Below, one piece after another: positions 37,300-50,087 of a stretch of DNA of 64,000 bases. The DNA is from Macrostomum lignano (Eukaryota), in contig NIVC01000436.1 in NCBI GenBank assembly GCA_002269645.1, positions 248,001-312,000 of the forward strand, given 5' to 3'. The stretch's first letter is position 1. The number at the start of each line of letters is the position of its first letter. Under the pieces are notes generated by a model. The model saw nothing but the letters and a program-made list of their open reading frames with translations, searched no databases and was not told the DNA's origin. The position numbers and the translations under genes are program-made.

Positions 37300-38250
37300 A
37301 ATGAGTCCCAATTCCAAACTTCCATGAGTTCCAATTTCCCATTTTCATGAGTCCCATTTCCAAATTTCCATAAGTCCCAATTCCACACTTCCATGAGTCC
37401 GAATTCCACACTTCCATGAGTCCCAATTCCACACTTCCATGAGGGAGTCCCAATTCCACACTTCCATGAATCCCAATTCCACACTTCCATGAGTCCCAAT
37501 TCCACACTTCCATGAGGGAGTCCCAATTCCACACTTCCATGAATCCCAATTCCACGTTTCCATGAGTCCCAATTCCACATTTCCATAAGTCCCAATTCCA
37601 CACTTCCATGAGTCTGAATTCCACACTTCCATGAGTCCCAATTCCACACTTCCATGAGTCCCAATTCCACACTTCCATGAGGGAGTCCCAATTCCACACT
37701 TCCATGAATCCCAATTCCACACTTCCATGAGTCCCAATTCCACAATTCCATGAATCCCAATTCCACACTTCCATGAATCCCAATTCCACACTTCCATGAG
37801 TCCCAATTCCACACTTCCATGAATCCCAATTCCACACTTCCATGAGTCCCAATTCCACACTTCCATGAGTCCGAATTCCACACTTCCATGAGTCTGAATT
37901 CCACACTTCCATGAGTCCCAATTCCACACTTCCATGAGGGAGTGAGTCCCAATTCCACACTTCCATGAATCCCAATTCCACATTTCCATGAGTCCCAATT
38001 CTACATTTCCATAAGTCCCAATTCCACACTTCCATGAGTCCGAATTCCACACTTCCGTGAGTCCCAATTCCACACTTCCATGAGCCCCAATTCCACACTT
38101 CCATGAGTCCCAATTCCACACTTCCATGAGTCCGAATTCTAAACTTTCATGAGTCCGAATTCCAAACTTTCTGAGCCCCAATTCCAAACTTCCACGAGTT
38201 AAAAGTCCCAGTTCAAAACTTAGATGAGTCCCACTTCCAAACTGACGAGT
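37300..38250. repeat. 23-bp minisatellite CCACACTTCCATGAGTCCCAATT
   Basis: Direct reading; both edges are degenerate. Confidence 0.96.
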
Positions 38251-38881
38251 CACAATCACAAGTAAAATCAATCCCATTTTCATACTGTAAGCTAAGTTTT
38301 TCAGTACAGTGGACTAGCACTAAAAATCCCCATTGGAGGCTACTCGACTAGAATAATTTTCCTCATACAGAAGAGACCCAACCTCTGTCTTGCATCCAGT
38401 GTAGTTAAAAACTATACAGTAGACTAGTACTAAACCCCAATTTAGGAGTAGACGTTTGACTAGTTTAGAAATCGAGTCACGACAACGACAGCTTGACTCA
38501 TACTCATACTATTTTATCATTCTGTTGCACATTTTGTTACGCAGTCATTAAGATCAGAATATAATAGTGATAATAATAATAAAAAGGCAAGTCATATCAA
38601 AAGATGAACACTGGATCTGCCTCCTATCAAAAGCAATAACAATTTATGTGCTGAAAAAAATAAAAAACCTTATCTCCGTAATTATCTACGTAAATGGTGG
38701 CCCTTATCTTTAAGGCGCTAAACCCAAGCAGGTTTATTTATACGCAGATAAGAAAGGGAGAGGTGGATTGCACGACTGGGGGAAAGAGCTAAAATTGAAG
38801 AGCCAATCAGAAGCCAGCGAGAGGGGGAGAGAGATAAGAAAGTACAGTCAGTCAGAAAACCAGATTGGAGGTTGGACTAGG

Positions 38882-39035
38882 CAAGGGGTCGGCAAACTTT
38901 TTACCTCGAGGGCCAGTTAGAGAATACTGACTGCCGGCCGGAATAGAAAAGACGTAGGAAAGGAGAAGAGACAGGGGAGAGAGAGGAGAAAGAGAAGACA
39001 GCAGAGAAGAGACACAAACCTTGAACGGGCCGCAT
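38882..39035 (+). mobile_element. Possible hAT/Charlie-type MITE left end
   Basis: CAAGGGGTCGGCAAACTTTT...CGAGGGCCA...CGGGCCGCA resembles common Charlie-family termini; no right end or TSD. Confidence 0.35.
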
Positions 39036-39263
39036 AGAAAGGCTTTGTTGAACAATCTGCCATGATTTCACACTTGTGGCCATTAATTCTCACTGATTTC
39101 ACGCAAAGATTAGGAGGGGTGGATAGATAGTGTCAGTAGAAAAGTAGTCACGTGATGAGATTGTACATGTAGTAAATGTACATTGGGGGAGCAACTGTGG
39201 AAGCATATCATGTATAAACAATAGTCTATCAATATCAAAGCACATGAATTTTATTATTCACAG

Positions 39264-40106
39264 GAACTGGAATTGAGGGCCGGGCCCAAATGGGTAACCG
39301 ATATGGTCAGCGTGAACGGCGCTGCCGGAGTCGATGCGGCCGCTTCAACAGCGGCAACAACAACAGCAGCAGCGCCAAAGCCAGCGTCCCCGGTTGTTGC
39401 ATTGAGGAGAGACAGCGAGGCATCTGACGACACGTGTCATCAGTCTCAGGTGTCGGACGTGCTGTCGTCTGGGCCTATTGATGAAGAGCGCAATAATAAA
39501 CAGCAACTGTTAGACGAGCAGCAACGTTCAGTATCCTTGGATACGGCCTGCCTACTGCAGGACACGGCCACTGTTCTTCATCACATGGAGGCCCGCCTAG
39601 CAACCAGAGCCGGGGGACCAGAGCCAGAAAACGACATCAGCAATGCCGCACTGTCGGATCAGACAGCTTTGCCAACATCGCACAGTCTCCGTTCTCGTCT
39701 GTCCGCTTTGCGGGTGGCAAAGTCTCAGCAGCAGCAGCAGCAGCAGAAATCCACTGCTAGCAGTCGTCAGGCTTTCGAATACGGCCGGCACTCGTTGAAG
39801 ATGCCAGCCTCCAGTACGCATCCGCCTCCGGTGTCGAGGAATGCGGTCACCGCTGCCGCCGCCACGGTGACCTCCGCCACGATTTCAACGCCGCACAGAA
39901 TTCTGTCGGCGGGCTCGCCGTCCGCCTGGCGCGGCGGTCGTCGGCCGGAAAGTCTGCACGAAGCTCTGGCGACGTCGGCGGCGGCCGCGGGACGTCCGAG
40001 TTTGCGCGGCTCTGCGGAGGACGTTCGAGCCAGTCGGGATGCTCGCCACCGGGGCGGCGGCGGCACGGATCTCAGTCGGGATTTGGAGCGGCTGGCTAGG
40101 AGAGAG
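39264..40106 (+). CDS. CEP170: CEP170-like exon 6
   Basis: TTCACAG| acceptor; GPKWVTD resembles CEP170 KWVSQW; ends DLSRDLERLARRE; donor GAG|GTTGGC. Confidence 0.85.
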
Positions 40107-40254
40107 GTTGGCGCTCTTGTTATATCCTGAGGCTGCTAATTAGTAGTATGTAGTGTATGTTGATGTATTGATACTACAGATTATTGCATATGGCTTTTGT
40201 TATCATTTTTTACACCTGCCCTAATGGGCAGATGTGCAACCGACAGCTCAATGA

Positions 40255-41065
40255 CAGCTCAATCAATCATGATTCAATCACACACAGACATCAATCATGA
40301 TTCAATCACACACTTAGCCATCAATCATGATTCAATCACACACTTAGCCATCAATCATGATTCAATCACACACTTAGCCATCAATCATGATTCAATCACA
40401 CACTTAGCCATCAATCATGATTCAATCACACACTGAGCCATCAATCACTCATCAATCACACACTGAGCCATCAATCACTCATCAATCACACACTGAGCCA
40501 TCAATCATGGTTCAATCACACACTGAGCCATCAATCACTCATTAATCACACACTTAGCCATCAATCATGATTCAATCACACACTGAGCCATCAATCACTC
40601 ATTAATCACACACTTAGCCATCAATCATAATTCAATCACACACTGATTGATTAACTTCAACCGTGTGTGATTGAATCATGATTGATGATACTACAGATTA
40701 TTACATCTAAGTGTGTGATTGATGGCTCAGTGTGTGATTGATGGCTAAGTGTGTGATTGATGAGTGATTGTTGGCTAAGTGTGTGATTGATGAGTGATTG
40801 ATGACTCAGTGTGTGATTGATGGCTAAGTGTGTGATTGATGAGTGATTGTTGGCTAAGTGTGTGATTGATGAGTGATTGATGACTCAGTGTGATTGATGG
40901 CTAAGTGTGTGATTGATGAGTGATTGATGGCTCAGTGTGTGATTGATGAGTGATTGATGACTCAGTGTGTGATTGATGGCTAGGTGTGTGATTGATGAGT
41001 GATTGATGGCTCAGTGTGTGATTGATGGCTAAGTGTGTGATTGATGAGTGATTGATGGCTCAGTA
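40255..41065. repeat. ~30-bp minisatellite in two oppositely oriented blocks (fold-back)
   Basis: TCAATCACACACTKAGCCATCAATCA.. units to ~40626, then reverse-complement units GTGTGTGATTGATGAGTGATTGATGGCTCA from ~40663. Confidence 0.95.
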
Positions 41066-41088
41066 ATTGATTACTTTTCCTGTCTCAG

Positions 41089-41620
41089 AGGCTGAAGTGC
41101 GAGCTAACCATTCGTCATCCGCATCCAAACCGGTCCCCATTCCTCTCCAAACAGGATCTGAGTGGATTAGGCGCTGCCGCCGGTCGCCAATCGTCTGCTT
41201 TCTCGCCGACCACCTCCAACAACAACAGCAGCAGGTCGCCATCCTCCTCCGTGGTTGTGGTCGGAGGTGGCGGCGGCGGCACCTGCGACTGCGCTTGCCA
41301 CCATGAAGCGGGCAGGCAGCAGCAGCTCAGGCGCGAGGTGGCGGCCTACGACTCTGTGCTGCTGTCCAGCCTGGTCAGAATGAGCTGCAAACTGCGTCGC
41401 TGCTCCGACGGTCTTCTTGGCCGGCTCCGGAGCAGCCGGCATTTGAGTCGGACTCCGAGTCCGGCTGAGGACGTCCTGTTGAACAGCCCCGACGCTGCCG
41501 GTGCATCCTCGGCGGCTGCCGCGGCTCCGGGGGCGTCGGCTGAAGGACGGAGCAGCGACTTGCAGGACAATCTGCAGTCGTGTCTGTACAATCTGCAGGC
41601 TGTGCAGTATCATATTCAGA
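41089..41620 (+). CDS. CEP170: CEP170-like exon 7 (CEP170_C-like)
   Basis: TGTCTCAG| acceptor; YDSVLLSSLVRMSCKLRRCSDGLLGRLR resembles CEP170_C LDNLLLSSVFQFSKKIR; donor A|GTGAGC. Confidence 0.85.
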
Positions 41621-41664
41621 GTGAGCGGCAGAAGCGTTAGCCAATGAAAATTGCTTTCCAGATA

Positions 41665-41940
41665 AGAATCGCCCGAATAAAAAAAATCTACGGCACAAGA
41701 TATCGCCCCTAATAAATAGTTGCATTAATTATAATGACCCTCAATAAAAATGGCCATAATTAAAAAAAATCGCCCCAATTAAGAGATTGCCCTAATAAAA
41801 AATCGCCCTAATTAAAAAATCGCCTTGATTAAAAACTCGCCCCAAATTAGAAAAATCGCCCTCATTAAAAATCGCCTTGATTAAAAATCGCCTCAATTAA
41901 AAACGCCCTTATAAAAATCCGGCATAAATCGCCCAAGAGA
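41665..41940. repeat. Degenerate ~20-bp repeat ATTAAAAATCGCC
   Basis: Direct reading. Confidence 0.85.
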
Positions 41941-41980
41941 ATCCCTAAACAAAAGGCCCGAACAAAACTGGTTCCCGCAG

Positions 41981-42159
41981 TAATCGAGCGGGCGATCTTT
42001 CCGCAAGCTCAGAGCGGCCGCAACTCGGCCCTGGGCAGCTGCTCCGAAGGCGATTACCTGGCCGAGCGTGAACGAATTAATAGCGAAGTTCGCGGCTTCC
42101 AACCGATTGAGCCGGCGTTCCCGGCTACTCAGCTGAAGTTCTACACAGACTATAAGTAG
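41981..42159 (+). CDS. CEP170: CEP170-like terminal exon (not in the ORF track)
   Basis: TTCCCGCAG|TA acceptor, phase 1, gives LQAVQYHIQ-IIERAIFP, resembling LKRVEKQLQAINAMIDP; stop TAG at 42157-42159. Confidence 0.8.
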
Positions 42160-42699
42160 GCATTTTTAACAAATAATTATTTTACAATATTTTCGTTGCA
42201 TAGAGTACACTATTATACTACTTATTATAATATTCATAAAAGTAGTAGCTTGTGCCTTTGCTAAGGAGTTTTCTAAATCAGCTTATGCCTGTAATTAGTT
42301 GTCAAGGATTGGTCGAGCACACAGTTATTAACATAAATATTGGTATTTTTAATTGTCTTTCATTTAACTATAAAATATGCTTCAATCGTTACTAATAGCA
42401 TTATCCCTGTCTATGTGTGTCTCGTTTGTTTTTTGTTCATAATTTCTGCTTTAACTGAATTCAATCATGTTTAAAATGTTTAATACCTTGTACAACAGAC
42501 AGGAAAGTATTGTTTCTTTGTATATTTATTGTGTCAATATTACTAAAAAGTAATAACTTCTTTCACTGAGTCTATATTGCTAAGCAATGTATTTTTGACA
42601 GTAATTACGAGTATTAATGCATATTTAGCAATTACACTCAGCCCAGTTCTGATGTTAATGAATAAGTTAATTGGTTCAACGTCAAAGGCCAAAGTTTCC

Positions 42700-42962
42700 T
42701 ACTCAGTGGGATGTCGTGTTGGCGAAGCGCGCTGATTGGCTGACGCTGCCCCGCCCCTGATTTCCTTACCCCTCTCTCAGTGGGGGTCGTGTTGACGAAG
42801 CGCGCTGATTGGCTGACGCTGCCCCGCCCCTGACTTCCTTACCCCTCTCTCAGTGGGGGTCGTGTTGACGAAGCGTGCTGATTGGCCGAAGCTGACCCTC
42901 GTCTGATTTCCTACCCTTCAGTGGGGAGTCGGGGTGATAAAACGGGCTGATTGGCTGACGCT
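42700..42962. repeat. ~73-bp tandem repeat (3-4 units) with CCAAT-box and GC-box motifs
   Basis: Unit CTCAGTGGGGGTCGTGTTGACGAAGCGCGCTGATTGGCTGACGCTGCCCCGCCCCTGA... Confidence 0.85.
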
Positions 42963-44251
42963 GTCCAAACCTAATTGCCTACAACTGGTCTTCTAAAATA
43001 ACAGTTTTTTGCTCTGCTTTAGAAACTTTGTTTCTGGTTGTCACCAAAGTTAATTGCAAACAATTTATATTTAATGCCAATTAATTATTTCTCTGCTTTG
43101 CGAAAGTTTTAACATTAACCCGACTAAAAACCGCAAACCATAACCTTTTTGTGTATTTGTTTAGTTTTCAAATTCTCGTATACACAAGCAAAGTTAGACC
43201 AAGTCAATGGGGCGCATTTTTGTTATTTTCTTTCTAGTATTTGCCCAGTAATTTAAAAGTACATGATGATTTGCTTTAACGGAGCTTGCTACTGCGTAAT
43301 TTTAGCTTCTTTATATTCATACTGTACTAGTCTGTATGATTCCGCTTTTGGTGATTTTCATTCAACTGCCATCTTAATATAGAAAGTCCAGGAAAGTTTC
43401 TTGAAATCGTTTTAAAGGCTCAGTTCTTTCCCTAGAAATCTCGCACATTGGCAAAATACAACAGAAAATTTTTTTAATAATTATACACTAGTTTTCTTAG
43501 CAAAATTTATCGAAAGATTTTTGGGGAATCATAGGCCTTCAAAAAGGCGTTTCTAAGAAACAATTTTTATTAGTGATTTTTCAACAGAGAATGTATCCCC
43601 TTTCTACTCTCTACTCTTAGTATTGTGTTGCGAACTAATCGTTAATTTTTGTTAAACAACGGAATTTCACCTTGTAATTTATTTGAGTCTTGTTTTTGGT
43701 TCCGGTGTTGTCGAAAATTCTTATAAGGGTTCAGTTGATTGCGCTTTTGAAAGCCTTTGACGGGCAGACTGCGATATGATGCTATTATAAAATTATTATA
43801 TGGCCGTGTATAAATAATTATTATCCAGAATTTTGATGCACATGTAAAACTGAATTTATTGCCATGGTTTTATATTGCGCACTACAATAAATCTAAATAT
43901 AAGTACGTTTTGATTATAAGATTACTATTAGTCTGTGATATTCTGAAAATCGGAATCGCTTACTCTATTTAAAAAGGATGGTTGGTATTTTTTATATAAA
44001 GCTAGCCGTAGACAGACGGTATAAGTACATTTTTCAAAAGGATTGGATCTGTTCTATTCCTGCACCTGAGGGTGTGCCAATCAATAAGCCAATGCCTCTG
44101 TGCCTGGCTGCTCTCAAGATTCTTTTGTTGCAACAGCTCCCATTTACATGTAGAAGAGCCGTTTGTACTTTTGCATTTGACTCTTGTTACCATTGATGGT
44201 AAAGCCTGGAGAACGAAATGGGCCTTGCTTGTAATAAGCTTTCTGAACCTG

Positions 44252-44590
44252 AGCGAGAGGGGAAGAAGCGGAGAGAGGAGGGTAAATGAGAGGGGAAGAA
44301 GCGGAGAGAGGAGGGTAAATGAGAGGGGAAGAAGCCGAGAGAGGAGGGTAAATGAGAGGGGAAGAAGCGGAGAGAGGAGGGTAAATGAGAGGGGAAGAAG
44401 CGGAGAGAGGAGGGTAAATGAGAGGGGAAGAAGCCGAGAGAGGAGGGTAAATGAGAGGGGAAGAAGCCGAGAGAGGAGGGTAAATGAGAGGGGAAGAAGC
44501 GGAGAGAGGAGGGTAAATGAGAGGGGAAGAAGCCGATAGAGGAGGGTAAATGAGAGGGGAAGAAGCGGATCGACAGGAGGGTAATTGAGA
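44252..44590. repeat. 33-bp purine-rich minisatellite GAGAGGGGAAGAAGCGGAGAGAGGAGGGTAAAT
   Basis: Direct reading. Confidence 0.95.
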
Positions 44591-44639
44591 GGGTAGAAAT
44601 GGTAAATGAGAGGAAGATAGAAAAAGGTAAAATGATCAT

Positions 44640-45222
44640 GTAGAAACGGGTGGAGGGTAATTGAGAGGGTAGAAACGGGTGGAGGGTAAATGAGAGGGTA
44701 GAAACGGGTGGAGGGTAATTGAGAGGGTAGAAACGGGTGGAGGGTAATTGAGAGAGTAGAAACGGGTGGAGGGTAAATGAGAGTGTAGAAACGGGTGGAG
44801 GGTAATTGAGAGGGTAGAAACGGGTGGAGGGTAATTGAGAGGGTAGAAACGGGTGGAGGGTAATTGAGAGGGTAGAAACGGGTGGAGGGTAATTGAGAGG
44901 GTAGAAACGGGTGGAGGGTAATTGAGAGGGTAGAAACGGGTGGAGGGTAATTGAGAGGGTAGAAACGGGTGGAGGGTAATTGAGAGGGTAGAAACGGGTG
45001 GAGGGTAAATGAGAGGGTAGAAACGGGTGGAGGGTAAATGCGAGAGGGTAGAAACGGGTGGAGGGTAAATGAGAGTGTAGAAACGGGTGGACGGTAAATG
45101 AGTGGGTAGAAACGGGTGGAGGGTAAATGAGAGGGTAGAAACGGGTGGAGGGTAAATGCGAGAGGGTAGAAACGGGTGGAGGGTAAATGAGAGTGTAGAA
45201 ACGGGTGGAGTGTAAATGAGAA
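44640..45222. repeat. 29-bp G-rich minisatellite GAGAGGGTAGAAACGGGTGGAGGGTAAWT
   Basis: Direct reading. Confidence 0.96.
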
Positions 45223-45934
45223 GGCAGAAATAACAGCAATAATTGCAACAAGTAGGTATTACAAAACTATTGTACACCTATTAATGCTACAGTCTGAGAT
45301 AAATGGGAGCGGGAAAGTATATTATGCTAGATGCACTGTACCGCAGGTGCATGTCACAACGGGATCATCCAGGGCCACCTCGGTCGCAAATTCACACAAA
45401 TACGCTTGCCTGTGAAGGCATCGTGAAGTGAACCGTGAAGATGCCGTGGGGCCGTGCTCATGACTGCTCAACCAATCAACTTCATGGCCTATGCTTCACG
45501 CCGCCTGGTTTCTGGGGGGTCCGGGGGCCTGTGGCAGGCAGGACTAGGGGGTGAAGAGGCGACGCCCCTGTGTAGTTTTAGTTTATCCCACTTTCCTCAG
45601 CTTTCCCACCAGCCTCCCCAAACCCCCATCCCCCTCTCCTAACACTGCTAGGATGATGGGTGGGGATTTTTTCAAGCATAACCAGCTACTCAACTCCCCT
45701 TTGCCTTCTCCCCGTCCCATCTCTGCCTAATCCGCTCTCCTCTTCGTCCCCACGTGTGTGTATATATACATATACATATACGCATAATCTGTAGCCTCCT
45801 TTGCTTCCAATCAATTTGCTTCGAGCGCTAAGAAGAGAGTATAGTATAGGATCAATATAGAATACATAGAGAGAGGAGACAAACTACTTGAATTGTGATT
45901 TTTCTCTGCTCCCCCGAGGCTGCGCACATTCCGG

Positions 45935-46076
45935 ATGCAGTCGGCGCCACCAGTGGACGAGCCGTCGTCGACGCAGAAACCGACAACACCGACACCGCCG
46001 GGCGGCAGATTGCACGGGCGTGCGAGATTTCCCAGGCATTTGTTCAGACGGCACCAGAGCCTTGAGCAGATTAAAG
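45935..46076 (+). CDS. RASGRP: RasGRP-like putative first coding exon (MQSAPPVDEP...RRHQSLEQIK)
   Basis: ATG at 45935, open GC-rich frame; donor G|GTATAT is phase 1 and matches the exon at 52557. No family motif in this exon. Confidence 0.6.
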
Positions 46077-46089
46077 GTATATTTACCTG

Positions 46090-49000
46090 TTAGACAGTAG
46101 TGTCAGTTGTGTTAGTGTCAGCTGTATGAGACAGTAGTGTCAGCTGTGTTAGTAGTGTCAGCTGTGTTAGACAGTAGTGTCAGTTGTGTTAGACAGTTGT
46201 GTCAGTTGTGTTAGACAGTAGTGTCAGTTGTGTTAGACAGTAGTGTCAGTTGTGTTAGACAGTTGTGTCAGTTGTGTTAGACAGTAGTGTCAGCTGTGTT
46301 AGACAGTAGTGTCAGTTGTGTTAGACAGTTGTGTCAGTTGTGTTAGACAGTAGTGTCAGTTGTGTTAGACAGTAGTGTCAGCTGTGTTAGACAGTAGTGT
46401 CAGTTGTGTTAGACAGTAGTGTCAGCTGTGTTAAACAGTAGTGTCAGCTGTGTTAGACAGTAGTGTCAGCTGTGTTAGACAGTAGTGTCAGTTGTGTTAG
46501 ACAGTAGTGTCAGTTGTGTTAGACAGTAGTGTCAGCTGCGTTAGACAGTAGTGTCAGCTGTGTTAGACAGTAGTGTCAGCTGTATGAGACAGAAGTGTCA
46601 GCTGTGTTAGACAGTAGTGTCAGCTGTTAGAGAGAAGTGTCAGCTGTATGAGACAGTAGTGCCAGCTGTGTTAGACAGTAGTGTCAGCTGTGTTAGACAG
46701 TAGTGTCAGCTGTGTTCGACAGTAGTGTCAGCTGTGTTAGACAGTAGTGTCAGCTGTTAGACAGAAGTGTCAGCTGTATGAGACAGTAGTGCCAGCTGTG
46801 TTAGACAGTAGTGTCAGCTGTGTTAGACAGTAGTGTCAGCTGTTAGACAGAAGTGTCAGCTGTATGAGACAGAAGTGTCAGCTGTGTTAGACAGTAGTGT
46901 CAGCTGTTAGACAGAAGTGTCAGCTGTATGAGACAGTAGTGTCAGCTGTATGAGACAGTAGTGTCAGCTGTATGAGACAGAAGTGTCAGCTGTGTTAGAC
47001 AGTAGTGTCAGCTGTATGAGACAGTAGTGTCAGCTGTATGAGACAGTAGTGTCAGCTGTATGAGACAGTAGTGTCAGCTGTGTTAGACAGTAGTGTCAGC
47101 TGTGTTAGACAGTAGTGTCAGCTGTGTTAGACAGTAGTGTCAGCTGTATGAGACAGAAGTGTCAGCTGTGTTAGACAGTAGTGCCAGCTGTGTTAGACAG
47201 AAGTGTCAGCTGTTAGACAGTAGTGTCAGCTGTGTTAGACAGTAGTGTCAGCTGTTAGACAGAAGTGTCAGCTGTATGAGACAGTAGTGCCAGCTGTGTT
47301 AGACAGTAGTGTCAGCTGTGTTAGACAGTAGTGTCAGCTGTTAGACAGAAGTGTCAGCTGTATGAGACAGTAGTGTCAGCTGTATGAGACAGTAGTGTCA
47401 GCTGTATGAGACAGAAGTGTCAGCTGTGTTAGACAGTAGTGTCAGCTGTATGAGACAGTAGTGTCAGCTGTATGAGACAGTAGTGTCAGCTGTATGAGAC
47501 AGTAGTGTCAGCTGTGTTAGACAGTAGTGTCAGCTGTGTTAGACAGTAGTGTCAGCTGTGTTCGACAGTAGTGTCAGCTGTATGAGACAGAAGTGTCAGC
47601 TGTGTTAGACAGTAGTGTCAGCTGTTAGAAACAGTAGTGTCAGCTGTGTTAGACAGAAGTGTCAGCTGTGATAGATAGTAGTGTCAGCTGTATGAGACAG
47701 AAGTGTCAGCTGTGTTAGACAATAGTGTCAGCTGTGTTAGACAGTAGTGTCAGCTGTGTTAGACAGAAGTGTCAGCTGTATGAGACAGAAGTGTCAGCTG
47801 TGTTAGACAGTAGTGTCAGCTGTATGAGACAGTATAGTGTCAGCTGTGTTCGACAGTAGTGTCAGCTGTGTTAGACAGAAGTGTCAGCTGTGTTAGACAG
47901 TAGTGTCAGCTGTGTTAGACAGTAGTGTCAGCTGTATGAGACAGTATAGTGTCAGCTGTGTTCGACAGTAGTGTCAGCTGTATGAGACAGTAGTGTCAGC
48001 TGTATGAGACAGAAGTGTCAGCTGTGTTAGACAGTAGTGTCAGCTGTGTTAGACAATAGTGTCAGCTGTATGAGACAGAAGTGTCAGCTGTGTTAGACAG
48101 TAGTGTCAGCTGTATGAGACAGAAGTGTCAGCTGTGTTAGACAGTAGTGTCAGCTGTGTTAGACAGTAGTGTCAGCTGTGTTAGACAGAAGTGTCAGCTG
48201 TGTTAGACAGTAGTGTCAGCTGTATGAGACAGTATAGTGTCAGCTGTGTTCGACAGTAGTGTCAGCTGTATGAGACAGTAGTGTCAGCTGTATGAGACAG
48301 AAGTGTCAGCTGTGTTAGACAGTAGTGTCAGCTGTGTTAGACAGTAGTGTCAGCTGTATGAGACAGAAGTGTCAGCTGTGTTAGACAGTAGTGTCAGCTG
48401 TGTTCGACAGTAGTGTCAGCTGTGTTAGACAGTATTGTCAGCTGTATGAGACAGTATAGTGTCAGCTGTGTTAGACAGTAGTGTCTGCTGTATGAGACAG
48501 TAGTGTCAGCTGTATGAGACAGTAGTGTCAGCTGTATGAGACAGTATAGTGTCAGCTGTGTTAGACAGTAGTGTCAGCTGTATGAGACAGTAGTGTCAGC
48601 TGTATGAGACAGTAGTGTCAGCTGTGTTAGACAGAAGTGTCAGCTGTGTTAGACAGTAGTGTCAGCTGTGTTAGACAGTAGTGTCAGCTGTATGAGACAG
48701 TATAGTGTCAGCTGTGTTCGACAGTAGTGTCAGCTGTATGAGACAGTAGTGTCAGCTGTATGAGACAGAAGTGTCAGCTGTGTTAGACAGTAGTGTCAGC
48801 TGTGTTAGACAATAGTGTCAGCTGTATGAGACAGAAGTGTCAGCTGTGTTAGACAGTAGTGTCAGCTGTATGAGACAGAAGTGTCAGCTGTGTTAGACAG
48901 TAGTGTCAGCTGTGTTAGACAGTAGTGTCAGCTGTGTTAGACAGTAGTGTCAGCTGTGTTAGACAGTAGTGTCAGCTGTATGAGACAGTATAGTGTCAGC

Positions 49001-50087
49001 TGTGTTCGACAGTAGTGTCAGCTGTATGAGACAGTAGTGTCAGCTGTATGAGACAGAAGTGTCAGCTGTGTTAGACAGTAGTGTCAGCTGTGTTAGACAG
49101 TAGTGTCAGCTGTATGAGACAGAAGTGTCAGCTGTGTTAGACAGTAGTGTCAGCTGTGTTCGACAGTAGTGTCAGCTGTGTTAGACAGTATTGTCAGCTG
49201 TATGAGACAGTATAGTGTCAGCTGTGTTAGACAGTAGTGTCTGCTGTATGAGACAGTAGTGTCAGCTGTATGAGACAGTAGTGTCAGCTGTATGAGACAG
49301 TATAGTGTCAGCTGTGTTAGACAGTAGTGTCAGCTGTATGAGACAGTAGTGTCAGCTGTATGAGACAGTAGTGTCAGCTGTGTTAGACAGAAGTGTCAGC
49401 TGTGTTAGACAGTAGTGTCAGCTGTGTTAGACAGTAGTGTCAGCTGTATGAGACAGTATAGTGTCAGCTGTGTTCGACAGTAGTGTCAGCTGTATGAGAC
49501 AGTAGTGTCAGCTGTATGAGACAGAAGTGTCAGCTGTGTTAGACAGTAGTGTCAGCTGTGTTCGACAGTAGTGTCAGCTGTATGAGACAGAAGTGTCAGC
49601 TGTGTTAGACAGTAGTGTCAGCTGTATGAGACAGAAGTGTCAGCTGTGTTAGACAGTAGTGTCAGCTGTGTTAGACAGTAGTGTCAGCTGTGTTAGACAG
49701 AAGTGTCAGCTGTATGAGACAGAAGTGTCAGCTGTGTTAGACAGTAGTGTCAGCTGTGTTCGACAGTAGTGTCAGCTGTGTTAGACAGTATTGTCAGCTG
49801 TATGAGACAGTATAGTGTCAGCTGTGTTAGACAGTAGTGTCAGCTGTGTTCGACAGTAGTGTCAGCTGTATGAGACAGTAGTGTCAGCTGTATGAGACAG
49901 TAGTGTCAGCTGTATGAGACAGTATAGTGTCAGCTGTGTTAGACAGTAGTGTCAGCTGTATGAGACAGAAGTGTCAGCTGTATGAGACAGTAGTGTCAGC
50001 TGTGTTAGACAGAAGTGTCAGCTGTATGAGACAGTAGTGTCAGCTGTGTTAGACAGTAGTGTCAGCTGTGTTAGACAGTAGTGTCAG
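46090..50087. repeat. 22-bp minisatellite GTGTCAGCTGTGTTAGACAGTA (~4 kb) with variant units
   Basis: Direct reading. Confidence 0.98.

Noticed and set aside
37280-38283. Minus-strand ORFs GSVELGLMEVWNWDSWKCGIGTH
   Set aside because: Translation of a 23-bp minisatellite.
41975-42135. Apparent structured ncRNA or ribozyme (several stems)
   Set aside because: Better explained as the in-phase terminal CEP170-like coding exon; no ribozyme or snRNA consensus matched.
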